From: a virus
Virus record (IMG/VR): IMGVR_UViG_3300045988_020036
Coordinates: 1-39,938 of that record
Reading direction: 5' to 3' (one strand)
DNA length: 39,938 nucleotides
Both the position numbers and the translations under genes were made by a program. Of this stretch, positions 21,438-29,632 are shown one piece after another; the first letter of the stretch is position 1, and each line of letters opens with the position of its first letter. A model generated the notes under the pieces. That model was not told the DNA's origin and ran no database searches. It worked only from the letters and a program-made list of their open reading frames with translations.

Positions 21438-21656
21438 TTACCGCTTGTTACCGAACCCAAACATCCCCCGGAACTGCTCAAACTGCCCTTGCATCTGCTG
21501 TGCCATTTGCTGTGCCTGGTTAAGCTGCTGCTGGCTCACACGCCCGCTCTGCATCAGCTGATTAAGCAATTGCTGGGGGTCTTGCCCTCGCATCTGCTGC
21601 ATAAACTGCGGGAATTGGGAAATCATCTGCATGGGGTTAGGCATCATCTTTTTCAC
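21438..21656 (-). CDS. Cargo gene 3, 72-aa Gln/Met-rich low-complexity protein
   Basis: MKKMMPNPMQMISQFPQFMQQMRGQDPQQLLNQLMQSGRVSQQQLNQAQQMAQQMQGQFEQF... The start could be one of the internal Met codons (21647 or 21644). Confidence 0.55.
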   Translation of the reverse strand: MKKMMPNPMQMISQFPQFMQQMRGQDPQQLLNQLMQSGRVSQQQLNQAQQMAQQMQGQFEQFRGMFGFGNKR

Positions 21657-22044
21657 CCTCCATCATTTTCTTTAGCTTTTCCTCCACAGCCGCAAGCCGC
21701 TGTTCAAATCCAGCACTCACCGCCTCCGGTGCTGGCCCGGAATCTTTAATTTTGTATTCATACGCAACCAACGGCATGGGTCGCCCGTTCATGTCGGCCC
21801 GTTTCTCATAGAATACCGGCTTGTTGCTGTCCCATAATCTCACAAAGCCATTTGCCGCTACTAAAAACGCCTCTGCCGCAGATTCAGAGGCAACCCAAAT
21901 CCGGTCATCCTGTGGGCTTTGCGGTTGTGCGGCGTTCTGCCCTATGGGCATCTGCTGGGCAGGCGGCTGCATCTGCGGGAAATAGTTTTGCGGATAGTAC
22001 CCGCCGGGTTGATAGATTGGCTGCATATACGGATTTGCCATCAT
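21637..22044 (-). CDS. Cargo gene 2, protein with a Pro/Gln/Tyr-rich N-terminus and a small beta-rich C-domain
   Basis: MMANPYMQPIYQPGGYYPQNYFPQMQPPAQQMPIGQNAAQPQ, then RIWVASESAAEAFLVAANGFVRLWDSNKPVFYEKRADMNGRPMPLVAYEY. ATGA overlap with the upstream stop. Confidence 0.6.
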   Translation of the reverse strand: MMANPYMQPIYQPGGYYPQNYFPQMQPPAQQMPIGQNAAQPQSPQDDRIWVASESAAEAFLVAANGFVRLWDSNKPVFYEKRADMNGRPMPLVAYEYKIKDSGPAPEAVSAGFEQRLAAVEEKLKKMMEGEKDDA

Positions 22045-22421
22045 TCACACCTCCAAAAATAGATAGGGTTTTCGTCCATCGAATTCCATGTATCATATAA
22101 AATGCCGTTATCCACAGCGACAACATGGTTTTTCAGGGCAACTACAAAAATGCCAATTGGATGCTCTCGCAGGAAATCGCCCACGGTGTAACAGTCTGGG
22201 CATTCCTCCGGGATAGATGCCCGCCGAAATCCATGTTTCCGCAGAACCGCACCCCAAACGTTATTCGCACTCGGAAGGTCGCATTGCTCTAGTCCTTCGC
22301 TGGCAAGCTCCACATACGCCTGATACCAGTCTATCCCCAGTGCCTTTGCCACTGCCCGAACGGCACAGTCACCGACTTTTGCCGCCCTTGGATTTGGATT
22401 GAATTCACAAAAACCGGCCAT
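22041..22421 (-). CDS. Cargo gene 1, conserved small protein with a Cys...His...Asp arrangement (papain-like/C39-like peptidase-fold candidate)
   Basis: ATG 22421 follows AAGAGGTG. KVGDCAVRAVAKALGIDW ... KNHVVAVDNGILYDTWNS is a pattern I recognise from many Firmicutes prophages. The catalytic assignment is inference. Confidence 0.6.
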   Translation of the reverse strand: MAGFCEFNPNPRAAKVGDCAVRAVAKALGIDWYQAYVELASEGLEQCDLPSANNVWGAVLRKHGFRRASIPEECPDCYTVGDFLREHPIGIFVVALKNHVVAVDNGILYDTWNSMDENPIYFWRCE

Positions 22422-22451
22422 ACGCACCACCTCTTTCTGCCTTTATGATAC

Positions 22452-22494
22452 AAAAAAACCAGGCGAACGAATCATCATCGTTTCGCCTGGTTTT
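22452..22494 (-). terminator. Strong, potentially bidirectional intrinsic terminator separating the late/lysis operon from the cargo cluster
   Basis: aaaaaaa-ccaggcgaacga-atcatca-tcgtttcgcctgg-tttt: a 12-bp stem with one bulged t. A U-tract is available in both senses (T7 in the minus sense). Confidence 0.85.
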
Positions 22495-22518
22495 CTTCAA
22501 AAAATCGTCAGTTTGTAG

Positions 22519-22755
22519 TCAAATAATCAGGTCATCCGGGAGTGTGGCACTAAACTCTTTGACTGCATCATATTTTTGTTGCAGTCTGCGGACAACCCTG
22601 GTTATCGTAGCTTGGGACACATGTAAGTTTTGCGATTGCCAAATCTGGCTTTTCCCGGCGGCACGGGTGGTTAGGATTTCCATTTCCAGAGGCGTTAGAT
22701 ACGCCAGTCTGTCAAATTCTTTCACAACCACCCGGTTAATCCGGGATCTATCCAT
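22519..22755 (-). CDS. Small sigma-70 region-4/LuxR-like HTH protein
   Basis: LTPLEMEILTTRAAGKSQIWQSQNLHVSQATITRVVRRLQQKY; 78 aa. It is the last gene before the terminator. Confidence 0.6.
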   Translation of the reverse strand: MDRSRINRVVVKEFDRLAYLTPLEMEILTTRAAGKSQIWQSQNLHVSQATITRVVRRLQQKYDAVKEFSATLPDDLII

Positions 22756-22763
22756 TTATGGCA

Positions 22764-22970
22764 TCACGCCTCCTGCTTTTTGTAGTTGTCGCTGGAAATC
22801 TTCAGCAGAGTACCCAGCAGAGTGTCTACGGCGGTGATGGTTCCCACCACCTGCTCGGTGTAGGGCAGATCCCAAACAGCCGCAATGGCAGCGTAGAAGG
22901 TGGCCAGAGCGGGGAGCAAGATCATTGCCACCCATTTCAGGATATCGTACACATTGTTGCTCATTTTCAT
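22764..22970 (-). CDS. Holin, Dp-1-type
   Basis: YDILKWVAMILLPALATFYAAIAAVWDLPYTEQVVGTITAVDTLLGTLL matches the Phage_holin_Dp1 pattern as I recall it. Confidence 0.8.
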   Translation of the reverse strand: MKMSNNVYDILKWVAMILLPALATFYAAIAAVWDLPYTEQVVGTITAVDTLLGTLLKISSDNYKKQEA

Positions 22971-23028
22971 TTTTGTTTCCTCCTTTTATATGTTGTCGCT
23001 TGCTTAAATATTTAAATATTTTTCTTTC

Positions 23029-23286
23029 TTAATTCGGCTTGTGAAAATCTTCCAGATCATTAATCCGATGATTGATCACCTTAATCTGCTCCTCCACAAC
23101 GGGCATTCGCCGTGCGAAATTATTATGCGTTCTAACCTCCCTGGTAAGCTCCGCGATCTGTTCCTTCATCACTGCGGTAGCCTTGCTGTTTGCGATCAGC
23201 ACCCCCACCAGGGAGACACCGCCGCCGATAACTGCGGAAATTAACGAGATGATAGCGTTTGACAAATGTATATCCTCCCTATCCAT
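23029..23286 (-). CDS. Lysis-cassette membrane protein (N-terminal TM plus coiled coil; holin partner or antiholin candidate)
   Basis: IISLISAVIGGGVSLVGVLIA is the TM segment, followed by the helix KEQIAELTREVRTHNN...INHRINDLE. Lies between the endolysin and holin genes. Confidence 0.55.
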   Translation of the reverse strand: MDREDIHLSNAIISLISAVIGGGVSLVGVLIANSKATAVMKEQIAELTREVRTHNNFARRMPVVEEQIKVINHRINDLEDFHKPN

Positions 23287-23956
23287 TAAACCGGTTCACA
23301 AATCCCCTGTCCCACACGCCAACATGGATAAAGGTTGCGTACACACCGATCTCACCGTCCGTGATCTTTCGCTCCACGATCTGTAAAAACTTTTTCTTAT
23401 CCCGGCAGTGCATATCAAAGGCACAGCCCAGCTTATGTAGACTTCCAGATGCGCCGCCAACCTCCCGGTTGTGGGTTTCGCAGCGATAGCCAGAGCCGCC
23501 AGCGGTGGCGATCTCGATAGCCTCACCATACTCGTCCCGGATAGCCTGATAGGTATCCACCATCCGTTTGCTAATAATGGATTCTTGACAGCAGCCCTTG
23601 CCTTGGCAGTGGACTTCATGTGCCATCAGATTTTTGGACAAGCGCACATCCACCCCACGGGGGATATGGTAGCATCCATCAGCCTGTAAGTACTTTTCAG
23701 CCTCAACCGGTGATGGTTTGTCACCGGTTGCCGGGGCATTCTCTGCATCACGCTTCGGCATCCCATAGGCTACAGCGTGGCGCAGAGCCTTTTGTGTGGC
23801 TTCCCCGGCGATACCATCAGCAGTGATGCCAAAGTCCGTCTGAAAAGCCCTCACGGCTCTCTGGGTGTTCGCACCGTCCAGGCCATCAATTTTTCCGGTG
23901 TCGTAGCCCAAGTAGGCCAGTAAGCATTGCACCTGTAAAACGTTCACCCCGACCAC
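23279..23956 (-). CDS. Endolysin: N-terminal PG_binding_1 domain plus C-terminal zinc peptidase M15 (M15A/VanY-like)
   Basis: LGYDTGKIDGLDGANTQRAVRAFQTDFGITADGIAG is the PG-binding repeat. SGYRCETHNREVGGASGSLHKLGCAFDMH carries the H..D...H zinc motif. Confidence 0.88.
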   Translation of the reverse strand: MVGVNVLQVQCLLAYLGYDTGKIDGLDGANTQRAVRAFQTDFGITADGIAGEATQKALRHAVAYGMPKRDAENAPATGDKPSPVEAEKYLQADGCYHIPRGVDVRLSKNLMAHEVHCQGKGCCQESIISKRMVDTYQAIRDEYGEAIEIATAGGSGYRCETHNREVGGASGSLHKLGCAFDMHCRDKKKFLQIVERKITDGEIGVYATFIHVGVWDRGFVNRFNG

Positions 23957-23959
23957 CTC

Positions 23960-24175
23960 CTATCCGGCTGCGTCTTCCGCATCAAGCGAATCTAACGCAT
24001 CGTAGTACGCCTGTGCAAGGGCTTCAACCTCTGCGATATCCTCATCTGTCAGAAGCCCACTGTCCAGGTGGGTGTATGCCTTATCCAGCCAAAATGCCAC
24101 ATCTCGTCCGGCGGCGATCTCTCGCTTGATGGATCGCAGGGTGAGATCATGCCGGGCTTTGCTTTTAATCGCCAT
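23960..24175 (-). CDS. Hypothetical 71-aa acidic protein
   Basis: ORF between the fibre and endolysin genes. Confidence 0.5.
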   Translation of the reverse strand: MAIKSKARHDLTLRSIKREIAAGRDVAFWLDKAYTHLDSGLLTDEDIAEVEALAQAYYDALDSLDAEDAAG

Positions 24176-24188
24176 GTGTGTACCTCCT

Positions 24189-25793
24189 TTAGGTAGCAGT
24201 CATAGACGCAATTGCGTCCTCAAGATTTTTAATTACGATGTTCACGTCTCTCTGATAGTCCAGTTTCAACCCTGCGCCGTCGCTCGCTTGAACCACTGTG
24301 TCGGGTGCGTAAGCGGTGAGGGCTTTGTAGGCGGCAATTTCGGCAGGGGTGAGTGGGGTTTCAATGGGGGTTGCGATTCTGTATACAACTCGGCAAGGTT
24401 TAGCTGTAAAGTATTTCACCAGCGCAGTTTTTCGCTCATCGTCGGTGCTTGCTGCATCTAGTCCCAAGTAAGAGTTTTCGATTGTGAAATCAATCAGACC
24501 TTTTTCAACAAAACCCATCGAGTTTACAGTGCTAGACCACGCATTTTTTGTCCATGGTAACGCTTCACAAAACAGGCTTCTATCGAATTTTATCTCCAAA
24601 GAATTGTCCGTTTCCTCAGGAGCTCTGATACGAGCGTTTACTGCAACAGTAACCTGCGTATAGAGATTAGTCACAAAAATATTGTTTGCGTTTTTAGCAT
24701 CAATCACGAAACTAGCGATTCTCTGCACCTTCACCCCTCTCTCCAAGTCCACCTCATCGCACACCCATTGCTGGCCGTTTTGGTCAGTGTAGTTGCCGCT
24801 GGACGTAACAGGGATGCCAGGTAAGCCGTTGGGGGTGGGCAGGGTGATAGTTTGCGTTTTGCCGTTCCCATCGCTCAATGTCACCACCACGCTCCCGCCG
24901 TCCCCCGCACTCACGATAGGCACAGGCGCATCCGGCGTGGGTGTGCCGTCCTGCGTACTCTTGCCATACACGGTCAGGCCGCACAGTGGCGCGGAGAAGG
25001 AATCGTCAACGGCGATGGGGTTGCCTGTCTCGCTACCCACAAGAACGTTCTGCCGGGCTTTATCTGCCGCATTGATGTTGGAGCGGGCTTGCTCCTGCTG
25101 AGAATCGGTAAGGTTCTGCTCTGTGTACAACACTGCCGTTTGTGCCGCTTTCTGGGCTTCCTGAGCGGCTTTCTTTGCTGCTGCTGCCGCAGCATCGGCG
25201 GCGGTGGTGTCACCGGCGGGGCCTACTTCACCTTGCGGCCCTTGGGGGCCGGGGTCTCCCTTGTCGCCTTTCTCGCCCCGGAAATCCCCGGAGGCGATCC
25301 CATCTTCCAGCCTTTTCAACGAATCGGCGGCATTGCTGGCAGCTGCCCCCGCCTGGGTGGCACTGGCCTGCGCACTCCGGGCGGATTCTTTTGCACTGGT
25401 CGCTGCGTCCTTTGCAGCCTGGGCATCCTTGGCCACGGCCTGAACGTAAGGCTTCATCGGTTCATCCGGCACAGCACCAGGAGCGGTAAGAGATCGGGAG
25501 GTTTCCGTTTGGTAGATTAGAGATTTTACGATCTCCCCATTTTCACCGAGCCATTGGAGCTCCGCTTGTCCACGCCCTTGATTCGCTGTGTCTGTAGCGG
25601 ATACCACCCAGATGATGCCATCTGCGGATTCTGTAACCGGAACGGGGTAGGGCTTTTTATCTAAGGCTCTCTGGTGAAGCAGCAGGATGCTGCCGGAACC
25701 AGCCCGGATGTTCGGCAGAATCACCCGGATCGCACGGTTTTCGCCCTGCTTTCCAATCTTAATCATGCCGGATCTCGGAAAAACATCAATCAT
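24189..25793 (-). CDS. Tail fibre protein with an Ala-rich coiled coil and a short collagen-like Gly-X-Y run
   Basis: AKDAQAAKDAATSAKESARSAQASATQAGAAASNAADS, then GDFRGEKGDKGDPGPQGPQGEVGPAGD (about 25190-25290). Confidence 0.8.
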   Translation of the reverse strand: MIDVFPRSGMIKIGKQGENRAIRVILPNIRAGSGSILLLHQRALDKKPYPVPVTESADGIIWVVSATDTANQGRGQAELQWLGENGEIVKSLIYQTETSRSLTAPGAVPDEPMKPYVQAVAKDAQAAKDAATSAKESARSAQASATQAGAAASNAADSLKRLEDGIASGDFRGEKGDKGDPGPQGPQGEVGPAGDTTAADAAAAAAKKAAQEAQKAAQTAVLYTEQNLTDSQQEQARSNINAADKARQNVLVGSETGNPIAVDDSFSAPLCGLTVYGKSTQDGTPTPDAPVPIVSAGDGGSVVVTLSDGNGKTQTITLPTPNGLPGIPVTSSGNYTDQNGQQWVCDEVDLERGVKVQRIASFVIDAKNANNIFVTNLYTQVTVAVNARIRAPEETDNSLEIKFDRSLFCEALPWTKNAWSSTVNSMGFVEKGLIDFTIENSYLGLDAASTDDERKTALVKYFTAKPCRVVYRIATPIETPLTPAEIAAYKALTAYAPDTVVQASDGAGLKLDYQRDVNIVIKNLEDAIASMTAT

Positions 25794-25872
25794 CGTATTT
25801 TCCCTCCTTCCCCTAGATTGTCCCTGGGATCATAGCCCAGGTATTCCAAGAGGCACTGGATTTGCTTTACTG

Positions 25873-26322
25873 TCATATACTCACCTTCTCCCAACCTTGG
25901 GGATATGCGGATGGAGACCATACATTATTGTCCAATGTGGAGCGGTATACTTTACCACTCTCCGTGCAGCAGTCTCCCTTATTATAGGGGCTGGTAGACA
26001 GGGAGACGAAGGGCAATGCCTTCGCTGGGTCGGTGCTCCAAGCAAATCCCCACTGTGCGGGAAGTTCTTCCGGCTCCTGAGTGTAGATAGTGCTGTCATA
26101 GAGCTGTACCAGCCTCACTACACGACCAGCAGATGATTGACACACAAAACCAATCTTGCGCTCTAGCATGTTTTTGTTTGCAACAGCAGCTTTGAAGCTA
26201 GGGATGTTGCTATCCATCGCATTTAGTTCAGTGCCTGTCATGCTTGGGGCTTTCTCCTGCAAGGCAAGAGCGTTCGCCCGCCCCTGGGCATACATGATGC
26301 TTTTTCTTTCCTCTTGTGTCAC
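25873..26322 (-). CDS. Tail-associated protein with a CBM5/12-like carbohydrate-binding C-terminus
   Basis: YNKGDCCTESGKVYRSTLDNNVWSPSAYPQGWEKV resembles the Y..GD.V...G..Y....W.P.....W motif. GTG start overlaps the upstream TGA. Confidence 0.55.
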   Translation of the reverse strand: MTQEERKSIMYAQGRANALALQEKAPSMTGTELNAMDSNIPSFKAAVANKNMLERKIGFVCQSSAGRVVRLVQLYDSTIYTQEPEELPAQWGFAWSTDPAKALPFVSLSTSPYNKGDCCTESGKVYRSTLDNNVWSPSAYPQGWEKVSI

Positions 26323-26441
26323 AGGCTGTCAACTCCTTTCTGATAGGCTTCATCCAGCTCTTTTAGCTGTTCCTCTCCGCCACTAGCTTTCATTTCTTCG
26401 ATTTTTGCAAGGATTCTCTGCTTCCGTTCTTCGATTGTCAT
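26319..26441 (-). CDS. Small helical protein (40 aa)
   Basis: Not in the ORF track. My translation is MTIEERKQRILAKIEEMKASGGEEQLKELDEAYQKGVDSL. It has 4-nt start/stop overlaps (ATGA and GTGA) at its two ends. Confidence 0.45.
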   Translation of the reverse strand: MTIEERKQRILAKIEEMKASGGEEQLKELDEAYQKGVDSL

Positions 26442-26767
26442 GCGTTCACCCCCAGCGCAGTTTCAATTTCGGATAGGGCAGCTTCATACTCTGCGTTCTG
26501 TGCGGTTACAGCTGCATACTGTTCCCGTTCATACTCCCGCTGGGCTTCATCCAGCTCCTGCCAGGGCTTCCAGGGGGCAACCATCTCCCCGGAAAACTCC
26601 ACGCCGTCCTCCCGCACCCATGTCTTCCCCTCAGGGACAAAGCGGTAGCCCTCGATGTAGGTATCGCACTTGCCGTCAAAAGTGGTGGTTTCGTAGGGGA
26701 TAAGTGTTCCTTCCTGGTTTTGAGTGGTGTAGCACTTAAAATCAGAATCAATATAGATTGTTTTCAT
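26438..26767 (-). CDS. Hypothetical tail-module protein
   Basis: 109-aa ORF in the tail-fibre block. Confidence 0.5.
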   Translation of the reverse strand: MKTIYIDSDFKCYTTQNQEGTLIPYETTTFDGKCDTYIEGYRFVPEGKTWVREDGVEFSGEMVAPWKPWQELDEAQREYEREQYAAVTAQNAEYEAALSEIETALGVNA

Positions 26768-26782
26768 TGCACCCTCCCAATG

Positions 26783-27664
26783 TTAATCAAGCCAAATATT
26801 TTTGATAGTGGCCCAAGTACTGTTGTCATATGCATTGGAGGATGTTGTCCTCAGTCCAATCTTTACTGCTCCACTGATTTTACTGATGTCGATGGAAAAA
26901 CTACCGTTTGACGTAATAGTATATTCATAACTCACGCTGTAACCAATGCTAACCGATGCACCCCCAACATACAAGTAGTAGGATGTAGAATGAGCATTTC
27001 CATTACTGTTGCCTGTTACTGTAACTCCCGTAAAATGTGCTGTGTTATAGCTCGTTACATCTACGGATTCCTTTGATTCCATGCTAGAATTCTTAGTATA
27101 CCATTTCCCACTGTAAATCTTTTCCGAGTTCACAGTTGCATTGGTAAATCCCGTTATACCAGAGTACAAACCAACACCACTTTTGAATATATACAATTCA
27201 AAAGTAATTGTGACATTATAGGTGGTTTCGCTTGTAACATTGACTGTTTGCGATTTTGTTTTATCACCGTCTGTTGCCGTGACTGTCCATGTTCCCGTAT
27301 TGCCAACAACACACGCCCATGTGCCGCTGGTGTCGGGTGCTGTCAGTATGGTTGTGCCATCGGAACAGGTACAGGTTGACCCGGCTGGATATGTGATGTT
27401 GATGGTAGCCGCAAAGAAGGCCATTGTTACCGCATAGTCAGCATTTACGACAACAGACTGAGTAGCAGTTTGGCCCCCATTACTAATAGTCACCGTCCAT
27501 GTTCCGGTTTTCAGGCCATTAAATGTGGCCTTTCCAGCGCTGTTGGTGGTTTTTGTGTACGTCTTGCCGTCCTTGGATACCTTGACGGTTACGCCAGCCG
27601 GGGCGGTGACGGTCAGGGAACCGCCTGTGCCACCACCGCCTGTATTTACTCTACCGATTGCCAT
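26783..27664 (-). CDS. Tail fibre / adhesin-like protein with two Ig-like (carboxypeptidase-regulatory-like) repeats
   Basis: ATG 27664 follows GGAGGGGG (TAATG overlap). The repeats are LTVTAPAGVTVKVSKDGKTYTKTTNSAGKATFNGLKTGTWTVTISNG and INITYPAGSTCTCSDGTTILTAPDTSGTWACVVGNTGTWTVTATDG. Confidence 0.65.
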   Translation of the reverse strand: MAIGRVNTGGGGTGGSLTVTAPAGVTVKVSKDGKTYTKTTNSAGKATFNGLKTGTWTVTISNGGQTATQSVVVNADYAVTMAFFAATINITYPAGSTCTCSDGTTILTAPDTSGTWACVVGNTGTWTVTATDGDKTKSQTVNVTSETTYNVTITFELYIFKSGVGLYSGITGFTNATVNSEKIYSGKWYTKNSSMESKESVDVTSYNTAHFTGVTVTGNSNGNAHSTSYYLYVGGASVSIGYSVSYEYTITSNGSFSIDISKISGAVKIGLRTTSSNAYDNSTWATIKNIWLD

Positions 27665-28581
27665 TATGCGTTCCCCCTCCATGCAATGATCGTAGGAATT
27701 GTGATAGCCGAATTGGGCGGTGAAGCTGCGTAGATATACACACCGCCGTTGTACGCTTCAGCTACAGGTGCAAAGTTGCCACTTGTAGCGTCCGCAAGGG
27801 AAAGTACTACGTCAGGAATCATAGTTGAGATAACACCAGATAGGGGGACGGATGCCCGATACGGAAAATCAGCATAGGTGGAATCTGCCACGAAAGAGGA
27901 AACAGGAACAGACACATTGCCGAATTGCAATTTCTTCAATTCCACAGCGGTTCCGGCTTCGATTCCTGCGAGTTCCTGAAGAATGGAATCAAGGACAGTT
28001 TTGCACTGTTCTTGCGTTTCTGTTAACAATGCGTTGAACTGAGCGTTCATTGTGCTGGTGTCGACTTCCACAGTATCGGTGACAATTCCGCATACGGATT
28101 TATCCATTCTTTCATCTGTGATCATAGATGCCGTAATGCTGGTAGTACCAGCAGGAATTCGGATTCTTGCAAGGCTGATCTGCCGGACTGTAGCATTGTT
28201 TGTCAGCGCAGGAGGGACGGCATTACTTGCTCCACTCCCCTTTAGGATTTTGATTGCCGGGAGATCAGCATAATTCGTTGTAGGCCACTCAACGATAACC
28301 CGGTCGATCCTGTTCAGCGTGGAATCAGCAGGTGATACCGTCAAGGTAAGCTCCGTTCCGTTGTCGGCATTGTGGCTGTTCCACCACACTACGCCGTCAC
28401 CGTTTCCATTTGCCATCCAGCCAACACCGTCTGTCACGGCCACGCTCATGGCCCCCGCCACTTTTACGGCGGCGTTATTCTGCGCACCAAAAACGCCGGA
28501 TGTTCTGCCATGCAGCCAGCGCATGACATACTCTGCGCCGGTGTATTCATCTCGGTTATTCGGGAAGCTCTTAATTTCCAT
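27664..28581 (-). CDS. Tail-tip / baseplate-associated structural protein (receptor-binding candidate)
   Basis: 305 aa, directly downstream of the Gp37-like tail-tip gene. Has a beta-rich N-domain followed by the coiled segment TSTMNAQFNALLTETQEQCKTVLDSILQEL. Confidence 0.55.
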   Translation of the reverse strand: MEIKSFPNNRDEYTGAEYVMRWLHGRTSGVFGAQNNAAVKVAGAMSVAVTDGVGWMANGNGDGVVWWNSHNADNGTELTLTVSPADSTLNRIDRVIVEWPTTNYADLPAIKILKGSGASNAVPPALTNNATVRQISLARIRIPAGTTSITASMITDERMDKSVCGIVTDTVEVDTSTMNAQFNALLTETQEQCKTVLDSILQELAGIEAGTAVELKKLQFGNVSVPVSSFVADSTYADFPYRASVPLSGVISTMIPDVVLSLADATSGNFAPVAEAYNGGVYIYAASPPNSAITIPTIIAWRGNA

Positions 28582-29632
28582 TTTTTATTCTCATCTCCTC
28601 CAAAGCCGTCAATGTGGGTTCGCCCAGAACGATGCTTGTTTTTTCGCCGTTGGAATCCAGCTCATATTTCCACCCGGTTACTCTCGCTGTAAATGCCACG
28701 CCGAAACGATTAGAAACGCAGGAAACAATGTCACCCAGATCATACCGAACGCCAAATTCTGATGCATCAATGGAAACTGTGAAATTATTCCGCTTGATAT
28801 GCTTCCCCAGTTCCAAAGCCGCCTGCCGTTCTGCTTTTTTCTTAATCTCCGATTCTGGCTGGTCACTGTCACCCACCACAACGGCTGTGCACCAGTATTC
28901 TTCACGGTCTGCACCTTCGTGTTGTCCAATGGATATCAGCTTTTCTTGATCCTTAATCTTGTATCGGATATAGGCAACATTTTTATAAGTCGATTCGTCA
29001 ATGTTGATGATCAAGTCGGAGCAAGTACCGTGTTCTTCCACAAAAGCAACGGAGTGGATGCCTTTTGTTTTGTCCACACCTTTGTAAATCTCAAAAGTCC
29101 ACCGGAACGCATCAGGATTCCATGTCATACGCCTTCCGAGTTCGCCATATTTTAGAACTTCTTTGATCTTGTCCAAAAGCTGTCCGCCGTAAATAACGCT
29201 TTCGTCCTGATCTTCCGTTTGCGGGTTATCGTCCTGGAACGTCTCGGTCAGCCCCTTGATAGGTGCTAGATCAATTCTGGGCAGCCCCCGAAGATTATCG
29301 GATATCAGGCTGTAGGTATCCCGCTCAATGTTGGCAATCTTCCGGGATATCGCTACGCACCGTTTGTTCAGCATATAATCCACGGTATACCCGTTTGCTG
29401 TGATCTGCCGCCGTATGGTATCGCTCTGTACATTTTCGATCACATAAGTTGTTCCACGCACTGTGTTATACACAATGTTTCCAACTTTTAGCGATTGAAT
29501 GGCGTAATCCTCCAGCGGCTCAACAATCTGGATTTTTCCAATATCGTTGTAATTTTCCGACATAAAGATTGCTGTTGCCGCATACAGGCCATACCGGGTG
29601 CTAAAGTCAGAAGGGTAAATCTCAAGGCTCAT
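28571..29632 (-). CDS. Tail-tip protein, siphovirus ReqiPepy6 Gp37-like (Tal position)
   Basis: 353 aa immediately after the Dit gene. The N-terminus MSLEIYPSDFSTRYGLY...IGKIQIV fits the pattern. ATGA overlap with the upstream stop. Confidence 0.6.
   Translation of the reverse strand: MSLEIYPSDFSTRYGLYAATAIFMSENYNDIGKIQIVEPLEDYAIQSLKVGNIVYNTVRGTTYVIENVQSDTIRRQITANGYTVDYMLNKRCVAISRKIANIERDTYSLISDNLRGLPRIDLAPIKGLTETFQDDNPQTEDQDESVIYGGQLLDKIKEVLKYGELGRRMTWNPDAFRWTFEIYKGVDKTKGIHSVAFVEEHGTCSDLIINIDESTYKNVAYIRYKIKDQEKLISIGQHEGADREEYWCTAVVVGDSDQPESEIKKKAERQAALELGKHIKRNNFTVSIDASEFGVRYDLGDIVSCVSNRFGVAFTARVTGWKYELDSNGEKTSIVLGEPTLTALEEMRIKNGN

Noticed and set aside
24189-25793. The collagen-like tail fibre, considered as a full-length BclA-type exosporium protein
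   Set aside because: The Gly-X-Y run is only about 9 triplets long and is embedded in a typical phage fibre (Ala-rich coiled coil, large beta C-terminal region). The C-terminus does not resemble the BclA CTD, and the gene sits in the tail module.
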